Source: Octopus sinensis
Lineage: Eukaryota
NCBI RefSeq assembly: GCF_006345805.1
Contig: NC_042999.1
Span: 58,838,001 to 58,902,000, forward strand
Length of the DNA: 64,000 bases
Reading direction: 5' to 3'
Shown here: one piece after another, positions 54,527 to 64,000 of the stretch
Layout: each line of letters starts with the position of its first letter
Position numbering within the stretch: position 1 is the first letter of the stretch
Notes under the pieces: generated by a model
Seen by the model: only the letters and a program-made list of their open reading frames with translations
Told to the model about the DNA's origin: nothing
Databases searched by the model: none
Translations under genes and position numbers: made by a program

Positions 54527-55369
54527 TTTGTAAATCTACTGTGTATTTATTTGACTTACGGACGGATTCACTAATATCAGAATATAGAATCCATTCTCTT
54601 CTACATCATATATTACAGTCCAGTAACTCTGAGTCACTGTGACATTTTGTTTTTCGAGCAGTTGTGCGCTATTTGTGAGGATTCAGACTTTTCGAAAGTC
54701 TCTGTATTACACTCTAAGTTATCATTATTATTTTTTTCTATCTTGTGAGATTCAAGATCTATAATCTAAATGTGTTACATGAGATAACTAAGATAAACAT
54801 GATAAATGCTTAGCAGTTATGAGAAAGGCATGCATCAACGTTAGATAGAAAATAACAGAAAAGGAGTAGAAAGAAGAGAAAGAAAGGGATATAGAAGATT
54901 GAATTTTATAATGAAAGTAACATTTCCTGTTGTTTGAAGCAAGTAAGTAAATGAAAAATATTACGTATAAATGTATACAAAAACTAATGAGAAGAAGCAG
55001 GTGAATATAGGAAGAAATACTGTTAGTTTAAAAAACAATGAAACGCACTAGTTGGGAAGGAGTGAGAAGAAAAAAAATCCCTTAAAAGATTGTCATTTGG
55101 TTTATGTTTTTATGCGTTTCAAATAGATATATTACGCTACCATCTGCAGAGTTTCTCACAACTGCTGGTGGTGAGATTTGGCATGGTAAGGAGGAATGAA
55201 ACAACTACAAAGAAAATAAAGGTGTTATATATATATATATATATATATCTATATATATATATATGTCTGTGTGTGTGCGTGTGTGTGTGTGTATGTATGA
55301 ATGTATGTATATATCTATATCTATATATAGATATGCATACATATATATATATATACATACATACATACA

Positions 55370-55423
<54 letters not shown>

Positions 55424-55529
55424 GACATACGCACACACATATTTATGCATATATTCAGCGTTCTCAACTGAAGGAAAAGAAAAAAAAGCCGAATTTTAAA
55501 AATAATGTTATATTTTATTTATTCGTATA

Positions 55530-55575
55530 ACTATGATAATGATAATAATAATAGTATTAGTAATAATAATAATAA

Positions 55576-55619
<44 letters not shown>

Positions 55620-55700
55620 AAAGTAGTAGTAATTATAGAGGTAGTAGTAGTAGTTGTAGTAGTATAAAAGTAGTAGTAGTAGTAGTAGTAGTAGTAGAAA

Positions 55701-55754
<54 letters not shown>

Positions 55755-55790
55755 AAATAGTAGTAGTAGTAGTAGTAGTGATGATAACAA
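55530..55790. repeat. (TAG)n/(TAA)n microsatellite
   Basis: Directly visible. Confidence 0.95.
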
Positions 55791-56579
55791 TAACGGTAAT
55801 AGTGGTGACGTTTATGGTAATAATAATAGCATTGATATTAATGATCATTTTATCTCATCATCATCATCATCGTTATGGCCATCGTCGTCGTCGTCATCAT
55901 CATCATCTTCATCTTCTCCATCATTCTTATCATCATCATTGAAATTATCATCATCGTCGCGCCATCATCATCATAATGATCGTTGGTGATAATGATGAAC
56001 TGGATGAAGTAGGCGGGAATATGAAATGAAACAGTAGCAACAACAACAAAAACATCAAGTAAAACGTAAAAATGAGTAAAAAAATGAAAGATTTCATTGA
56101 TAGTGTAAAATGCTGGAAGAAATTCAGAAATAACAAGTTTAACTAAAAAAAAAAAAAAAATTCTGCGATGTATGTAGAAAAGTTAACTGTAAAAAAAAAA
56201 TAATCCGGAAAAAAGAGAATTTGATGATAAACAAATTCAATATTAACATCATGTATTACAATTTGAGAAAGAATTTTAAAAAAAACTATAAATACGTTTT
56301 GAGAATTATAGCAAAGAAAAGTAGTCCTCGAAAACACTTAGGACTATCTAAATATTATGTTAGTGAAATACAAATGTTATTGACAATTTCATATTGTAAA
56401 CAAAATTTAGAAAGCACTTCTAATAACTAAATGGCACAATTTCAAAGAATATAAGATATTTTATAATATCTTATTGTTTCATGTGATTTGTAATATCTCG
56501 AATGCTTAAGAATAGTGTCGGATATGATAGGTATTCTGATGGTCAGACGCTGTGTATATAATATATTTCTCGAAGGATT

Positions 56580-57206
56580 TCGTTGTGGCTGTGAGGTAAT
56601 TAGCTTCCTTACCAGCCACATGGTTCTGGGTTCATTCCAACTGCGTGGCACCTTGGGAAAGTGTCTTCTACTATAGCCTCGGGCCGACCAAAGCCTTGTG
56701 AGTGGATTTGGTAGAAACAAACTGAAAGAATCCCGTCTTATATATGTATATATATATATATAAAATGAGATAGGGGTTGAATTTTCAACCCACCATGGGA
56801 TAACATATATCCAATATACTGCTAGATAGGTACCCAAAAATAATTTTTTCACAATTATAACAAATATAATTCTCTGAAGAGGCCGTGGGGCATCCTTGTT
56901 AATGCCCCATTTATACCTGCCTTTATGGCTTATAGGTTAAATGAGGTATGACTGCCCTTGCTGCCGAAACAGCTGTCAGATATGATTTAATTACATATTA
57001 TATTTGAAATTTTATACTTATATCTCTTTGTCTATTTACATTTACTGTATATTTTGTATAATGCCTTTACTGATATGTAATGGTGTAATAAAGTATTGAT
57101 TGGGTATCATCTGATAGTTGATGTTTTATTGATTTAAGTATGTTTCTCCATTTTCTAATTTTGTAGTTATATATATATATATATATATAGATAGAGAGAG
57201 AGAGAG

Positions 57207-57255
<49 letters not shown>

Positions 57256-57580
57256 TATGTATGTATGAATGTATGTATGTATGTATGCATGTATGTATGT
57301 ATGTATATATGTATGTATGTATATATATATGTATGTGTGTACGTATGTGTGTGTGTGTATGTTTGTGTGTCTTTGTTTGTCCCCCAACATCGCTTGACAA
57401 CCGATGCTGGTGTGTTTACGTCACCGTAACTTAGCGATTCGGCAAAAGAAACCGATAGAATAAGTAGTAGGCTTCCAAAGAATAATTCCTGGGGTCAATT
57501 TGCTCGACTGAAGGCGGTGCTACAGCATGGCCGCAGTCAATGACTGAAACAAGTAAAATAATTAAGAGAAAGTAAAGAGA
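56580..57580 (+). mobile_element. SINE family A split by an approximately 400-bp HHR-bearing insert (about 56762-57167)
   Basis: Head at 56580-56745 and tail at 57345-57580; the insert is bounded by (TA)n on both sides. Confidence 0.8.
56871..56980 (+). ncRNA. type-I hammerhead ribozyme with intact core and large branched stem II
   Basis: Stem I TCT/AGA; CTGAAGA 56874-56880; stem II GGC/GCC enclosing hairpins TGGGGCAT/ATGCCCCA and ATACCT/AGGTAT; GAAA 56966-56969; palindromic ACAGCTGT stem III; GUC triplet, predicted cut after 56977. Confidence 0.78.
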
Positions 57581-57584
57581 ATAC

Positions 57585-57888
57585 TCTTTATATATAAAAC
57601 TGTTGTGTGTGTGAGAGTCTGTCTCCTCCGATTTAGATTCCTAACTACTCCCACTTTTGCGGTGCAGTTAACCAAAAGCGGGTATCTTATAGTCGTGATT
57701 CATATCGAGCCCTTCTGGGTATTAGCGCGCGTCTACGATGAGTCTACGATTAAAAAAAAAATTACCATCCTTTTTTGGGTTTTTTAAATGCAATTTTTTG
57801 CTTGGTTCATATAAGGGAAGTAACTCTCTAAAATGCTTATATAGTTATTTCCCCTACAAACCCGAGCAACGCCGGGCGATACTGCTAG
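57585..57888 (+). mobile_element. non-autonomous Helitron, copy 1
   Basis: 5' TCTTTATATATAAAAC; 3' hairpin CCCGAGCAACGCCGGG, then CTAG followed by T. Confidence 0.8.
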
Positions 57889-58139
57889 TATCGAATAAAG
57901 ACCACAAATACTATAATTTATATGAGTATTCGGAGTAGAATGAATATGGGGTACACGATGAATTAGCTAGCTGAAACTTCGAAGTCACTGTCAACAGCAA
58001 TCTCATATAGGAATAATAAAACTATACTCTACAAAAATATAGAGTAACCCATCAGATTAATATAAAATTGTTTTTATTATAACTGATCATAAAAGAAACA
58101 AATATGTATATATATATATATAGATAGAGAGAGAGAGAG

Positions 58140-58176
<37 letters not shown>

Positions 58177-58504
58177 TATGTATGTATGAATGTATGTATG
58201 TATGTATGCATGTATGTATGTATGTATATATGTATGTATGTATATATGTATGTATGTGTGTACGTATGTGTGTGTGTATGTTTGTGTGTCTTTGTTTGTC
58301 CCCCAACATCGCTTGACAACCGATGCTGGTGTGTTTACGTCACCGTAACTTAGCGATTCGGCAAAAGAAACCGATAGAATAAGTAGTAGGCTTCGAAAGA
58401 ATAATTCCTGGGGTCAATTTGCTCGACTGAAGGCGGTGCTACAGCATGGCCGCAGTCAAATGACTGAAACAAGTAAAATAATTAAGAGAAAGTAAAGAGA
58501 ATAC

Positions 58505-58809
58505 TCTTTATATATAAAACTGTTGTGTGTGTGAGAGTCTGTCTCCTCCGATTTAGATTCCTAACTACTCCCACTTTTGCGGTGCAGTTTAACCAAAAGC
58601 GGGTATCTTATAGTCGTGATTCATATCGAGCCCTTCTGGGTATTAGCGCGCGTCTACGATGAGTCTACGATTAAAAAAAAAATTACCATCCTTTTTTGGG
58701 TTTTTTAAATGCAATTTTTTGCTTGGTTTATATAAGGGAAGTAACTCTCTAAAATGCTTATATAGTTATTTCCCTTACAAACCCGAGCAACGCCGGGCGA
58801 TACTGCTAG
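58505..58809 (+). mobile_element. non-autonomous Helitron, copy 2 (from the tandem duplication)
   Basis: Same termini as copy 1. Confidence 0.8.
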
Positions 58810-59022
58810 TATCGAATAAAGACCACAAATACTATAATTTATATGAGTATTCGGAGTAGAATGAATATGGGGTACACGATGAATTAGCTAGCTGAAACTT
58901 CGAAGTCACTGTCAACAGCAATCTCATATAGGAATAATAAAACTATACTCTACAAAAATATAGAGTAACCCATCAGATTAATATAAAATTGTTTTTATTA
59001 TAACTGATCATAAAAGAAACAA

Positions 59023-59080
<58 letters not shown>

Positions 59081-59082
59081 TA

Positions 59083-59251
59083 TATAAAATATTATTAGAG
59101 ACAAACCACTATTTTGCAAAACAAACAAGGAAAGACTTAATCAATACATAAAATTTTAATAAATAGTCTATTATTAAAATTTTATGTATTGATTAAGTCT
59201 TTCCTTGTTTGTTTTGCAAAATAGTGGTTTTGTCTCTAATAATATTTTATA
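59083..59251. repeat. near-perfect palindrome, about 84-bp arms, centre near 59167
   Basis: TATAAAATATTATTAGAGACAAACCAC...AATAG-T-CTATT...GTGGTTTTGTCTCTAATAATATTTTATA, with two 1-nt indels. Confidence 0.93.
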
Positions 59252-59609
59252 ATATTTTACTATAAAATTGGATTTAATCCTAAATCTGATTTTTTCCCTG
59301 TAAATTTGGATTTATTCCCTAATATTTATTATTATATATATATATATATATATATATGCATATCACGTGATCACGTGATCAACCACATTATCGGACGGCG
59401 TTATACATCTCATGGACACAGTGCGCTTTGCAAAGTTTTAGTTGTCGAATAATTCCATTTCGCTGTCACGGTGACCAGGCCAACATTCTCCTTGATCTAA
59501 AAGCCAGTTTGTCGCAGGGTTCTCCATTTAAAGCTGAGTGAATTGAAGCAACGTAAAATGAAGTGTCTTGCTCAAGATATCAACGCACCTTCAATCTAAC
59601 AATAAAAAC

Positions 59610-59951
59610 ATTCTTTCATTTGTTTCGATCATTTGACTGAGGCCATGATGGAGCATCGCCTTTGGTCGTAGAAATTGTAAGCCTAGTACTTATTTTATCG
59701 GTCTCTTTTTCCTGAACCATTAAATGTCTGGGATGTATACACACCAACATCGACTGTCAAAAGAGAACGGAGTGGATATAGGCACACAAACATATATACA
59801 TATACGACGGGCTTCTTTCAGTTTCCTCTCTACCAAATTCACTCACAAGGTTTTGGTCGACCCGAGGCTATAGCAGAAGTCACTTGCGCAAGGTGCCACG
59901 CAGTGTGTCTGAACCCGGAACCATGAGGTTCTGAAGCAAGCTTCTTACCAC
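59610..59951 (-). mobile_element. SINE family A (degenerate)
   Basis: Homology to 28835-29237. Confidence 0.8.
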
Positions 59952-60115
59952 CTTTTTCTATTTTCTCTCCCAGTTTATTTCTATGTTCCTTTCTGTTGAA
60001 GAGCGTAGGCTTGCAACGTAAAAGACTTTCTCACTTCCCGAGCGTTAAACTGATACATCTATTTGTTTACTCACCCGTTTTCGTCTTGTTTTTTTTTGGG
60101 AAAATTCTCACTATA
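59952..60115 (+). mobile_element. family F pLTR-like repeat with decayed HHR
   Basis: CTTT-CTGTTGA-A-GAGC-GTAG-GCTT-GCAA-CGTA-AAAG at about 59989-60024. Confidence 0.7.
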
Positions 60116-60175
60116 AATATATATATATTATCTAGCAATAATTATCACTAGACACGTTAAAATAGAGTGGTCTTA

Positions 60176-61431
60176 CGAGGGGCGTTCAATAAGTAATGCC
60201 CCTGACCCACTTGCAGTTGTTTGATCTAGCTGAAATTTTGCATGTGCACTTATGTATACCTCTATAGATTACGTGGCGAACTATTTGTGGTTTCTGATTT
60301 ACAGGTGTTTGAACTGAGTCAAGTGTGAAATGGAGCCTGTTGAGTGTCGAGCAGTGATCTGGTTTTTGTATTTGAAAGGACGCACACCACGGGAGACTTT
60401 TGATGAAATGAAAGTAACTTATGTTGATGATGCCCCATCATATGACCTTGTAAAACGCTGGCATTGTGAATTCAAACATAGTCGGAACTCTGTGGAAACA
60501 GCTCCCAGATCTGGTCGCCCCCTTCTGCCGTTGATGAGACGTCTGTCCGTCAAGTTGAGGCTGCCATTTTGGAAGGTCAACGCATAACTATTCGCCAAAT
60601 AGCCCATAAGGTCAAGATTAGTACCGGGTCTGTGGAAACTATCATTCATGACCATTTGCATATGCAAAAGGTGTCTGCCAGATGGATTTCCAGGTTGCTC
60701 ACATCTTTCCAGAAGCAAGAACGCGTTGAGTGCTCGAGGATGAATTTGGACATGTGCCAAGAAGATGAGTCAAAATTTTTCAAAAGACTGATCACACAGG
60801 ATAAAACCTGGGTCCATCACTATGATCCATAGACCAAAGCCCAGTCAATGCAGTGAAAGCACCGTGACTCACCTCCTCCAAAGAAGGCAAGGGTGCAGCC
60901 CTCCGCTGACTAGGTTATGCTCACAGTCTTCTGGGACCATGACGGAGTAGTGATGACAGATTTCCTGGCAAAGGGTACCACCATTACAGGAGCCTATTAT
61001 GCTTCACTTTTGATGAAATTAAGAGAAGCTATCAAAATCAAGAGGCGGGGCAAGATCAGCAAAGGCATCCTCCTCTTGCAGGACAACGCTCCGGTCCACA
61101 ACTCGCGTGTCGCCAGATCAGAAGCACAGGCGTATGGCTATGAACTCCTCCCCTGAACCCTCTGATTTTCACCTCTTCCCAGCCATGAAGTTGATTTTGA
61201 AAGGAAAGCGTTTCCCAGATGATGCAGCCTTGATTTCTGAAGTCACGTCGTGGTTGGAGGACCAAGCTGGGGTCTTCTACAAAAACGGTCTCCAGAGCTG
61301 TATCAAACGATGGGAGAAATGCATAACCCTGGCTAGTTCCTATGTAGGAAAAGACTAATAACTGTGCCAAGTGTCGTTGCTCTACTGCTATGGGAAGTAG
61401 GTCAGGGGCATTACTTATTGAACGCCCCTCG
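60176..61431 (+). mobile_element. near full-length mariner transposon (DD34D-type, irritans-like)
   Basis: Perfect 32-bp TIR CGAGGGGCGTTCAATAAGTAATGCCCCTGACC with TA on both sides; length 1256 bp. Confidence 0.96.
60330..61358 (+). pseudogene. mariner transposase, disrupted
   Basis: MEPVECRAVI.., KVSARWI, ITQDKTWVHHYDP, MLTVFWD, LLQDNAPVH, SDFHLFP. Frameshift near 60520, internal stops, deletion in the YSPDL motif. Confidence 0.92.
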
Positions 61432-62412
61432 TAGTGCGGCAAAGAGTAGAAATACAACTTAATATGTTGTATTCATAATTATATTTACTTAATAGCGGTG
61501 AAACCCCATAAGTCACATATTCAGTTACACATTCAATATGCATACATACAAACATGAACACGCAATTATATGCGCTTACACATCGATATACATATATACT
61601 ACACATACACCTATCTGTGTGTGTGCGTGCGAGTGCATGTGTGTTCGTCTATATGTGTGTGTGTGTGTCTGTGTGTGTTCCCTAAAGTTTCTCACTGCGA
61701 AACTCCATTCACAAGGTAATAACGGACTTGTTTTTGGTTTGGCTCATAAATTCCCTCCAATATAGAGGACCATTCCTTCAGAGTGTCCCTAGGGCTATAT
61801 TATATAATGTGCCTTTCCAATTTGTAAGGCAGCGAATAGTAGTTTGACGGAGAAATAGCTGTTATTTCTAACTAGTATAAGAAATGTTTATAGAGAAGTT
61901 GTGAGAGAATTATAAAGAGTTCAATTATTTCCAGCAGCAATCGAATCCAGTCAGGAGAAAATATGTCACATAATAAAATGTGCCAGAAAAATTCGAAAAC
62001 ACAAACTGAAAGAATTAATAACAACTTTCAAAAGAAGACTAAGCTTCAATAAATGATTGATTTAATGCTGTCTTGTTGCATTGTTTTATTTAAGATATTG
62101 AACAAAATGTAATGTCGTTATATAAATCATTTTCTCATCTGCCAATATATTGTTATTTACTAAGCGATCTAAAACATTATTGCTCTATTATTAATAAAAT
62201 TTTCCCGTTGATTTCTACATGTGAGAGTCTAGTTGTTCTATCAAATGTATGACCTAATCATTGAATTTAGAAAACAATGAAATTTAAACAAATTAGATGA
62301 CGCTCTAAATGTACTATGCACCAATATGCAAACCAACCTCAATGTAGGAGCTAGACTTGCTAGATATAATAAGTAAATCTCCTTCAAAATATATACGGGA
62401 AATATATAATGT

Positions 62413-62750
62413 TGAGACCCCTTCGGTCATGACTGACCGTGGTATTGCAACTAGACAGTTACCCTCCCAGGTAAAAGTCCGGGCAAGGTTGTTTATGGAA
62501 GACCAGCAGTCACCCATGCATACCGGTCTCCCTTCTCCACGCCGCCAGTGTTATCCAAGGGAAAGGCAAAGGGGCCGATACAGCTTGGTACCTGTGACGT
62601 CGCAACTCATTTCTACAGCTGAGTTAACTTGAGCAACGTGAAAAAAACGTCTCTTGTTCAAGAACACAACACGCAGCCCGGTCCGGGAATCGAACTCATA
62701 ACCTCACGATCGTAAGCTCGACGCTCTAACCACTGAGCCATGCGCTTTCA
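62413..62750 (-). mobile_element. SINE family C
   Basis: Homology to 38479-38820; short flanking direct repeat ATAATGT. Confidence 0.88.
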
Positions 62751-62966
62751 CACATAATGTAATACACACGCGATACTCGCGAAAGACGTAGTAGACTATC
62801 GATCAGTCAAGGCTAACATTAAGGCCAGACGGTAACCACGTTAAAGACAATACTTATAAACCAAACACAGGCAAATGAAATTCTCAAAATTTCAAAGCAT
62901 TGCATTTTATATGATTGAGGGAAAGGTTCATTTTCAAAATGCATGTATATGATTACGAAGGATATC

Positions 62967-63169
62967 TCTCTTTTACTTGTGTCAGTCATTTGACTGTGGT
63001 CATGCTGGAGCACCGCCTTTAGTCGAGCAAATCAACGCCAGGACTTATTCTCTGTAAGCCTAGTACTTATTCTGTCGGTCTCTTTTGCCGAACCGCTATG
63101 TTAAGGGGACGTTAACACAGCAGCATCGGTTGTCAAGCGATGTAGGGGGGTCAAACACAGACACACAAA

Positions 63170-63223
<54 letters not shown>

Positions 63224-63392
63224 CGCATACATATATACGACGGGCTTCTTTCAGTTTCCGTCTACCAAATCCACTCACAAGACTTTGGTCGGCCCGAAGT
63301 TATAGTAGAAGACACTTGCCCAAGGTGCTACGCAGTGGGACTGAACCCGGAACGATGTGGCTCATAAGCAAGCTACTTACCACACTGCCACT
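62967..63392 (-). mobile_element. SINE family A
   Basis: Homology to 28835-29237. Confidence 0.9.
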
Positions 63393-63599
63393 TCAGTGAT
63401 TGTTTGAAAATCACCAGTTTACCTTTTAATTCCTTGAGGCATGTAATTTGTTAACTACAAAATATAAAGATAAATATTGAAGAAGGCTAATATCGAGAAC
63501 GTTATTCTTTTTAGGGATAATTTAAGTAATCTAAAAAAAAATAATAATTAGTTGACGTAACTAATCCTCCTTACTATAAGAACAAGGCCTGAAAATTTG

Positions 63600-63730
63600 T
63601 GGGAGAGGGCCAGTAATTTAGATCGACCCAGTATGCAACTGGTACTTAATTTATCGACCCCGAAAGGATGAGTGGCAAAGTTGACCGCGGCAGAATTTGA
63701 ACCCGGAACGTAAGGACAGACAAAATGCCG
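63600..63730 (-). mobile_element. SINE family B fragment
   Basis: GGTACTTAATTTATCGACCCCGAAAGGATGA...TTTGAACCCGGAACGTAA matches 405-500. Confidence 0.8.
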
Positions 63731-64000
63731 CTATCGATTCATTCAGCTCGGCACCGCACAAAAATTAGTTACTAACTTGGTGTATATACAAATAAAACAA
63801 ATATTGCACTCAAGAGGAGAGTGTTATTACGAAGAAAATTATAATCTTATTAATTGTAAAGCACCTCAGATAATCTTACGCTTTCAAAAATCACGAAAAA
63901 GTTCATATTACTAGGCGTAGCGCATTATACGATTCAACTCCTGGGGAAGTTTGAAATATATTAATTCAAATTAAGAGAAACTGTAGAGTCAGTAGTTTAT

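Larger units (their letters stand above)
57170..59035 (+). repeat. tandem duplication, about 920-bp unit
   Basis: Helitron 5' end at 57585 and 58505. The units differ by a few SNPs/1-nt indels and by microsatellite length; junctions lie in (TA)n. Confidence 0.95.

Overview
AT-rich, microsatellite-dense animal DNA. The SINE families, the mix of Penelope, R4 and mariner elements and the long (TA)n/(TCTA)n tracts suggest an octopus/cephalopod genome (inference). There is no clearly intact protein-coding gene, and nearly all ORFs in the supplied track are microsatellite artefacts. The window contains: (1) many tRNA-derived SINEs from at least five families; (2) a 3'-truncated R4/Dong-type non-LTR retrotransposon; (3) three Penelope-like element (PLE) relics with RT and/or GIY-YIG motifs; (4) four Tc1/mariner relics, one near full length with perfect 32-bp TIRs; (5) a MULE relic, a hAT MITE and a duplicated non-autonomous Helitron; (6) a decayed, apparently intronless plexin-like cytoplasmic-domain pseudogene at about 16.7-18.6 kb on the minus strand. 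The most striking signal is a dispersed set of minimal type-I hammerhead ribozyme (HHR) motifs in several unrelated short repeats. They have palindromic stem III, often lie in (TA)n tracts and often sit in inverted/foldback structures. One is carried by a tRNA-headed SINE-like element. All calls were made by eye, so boundaries of degenerate repeats are approximate.
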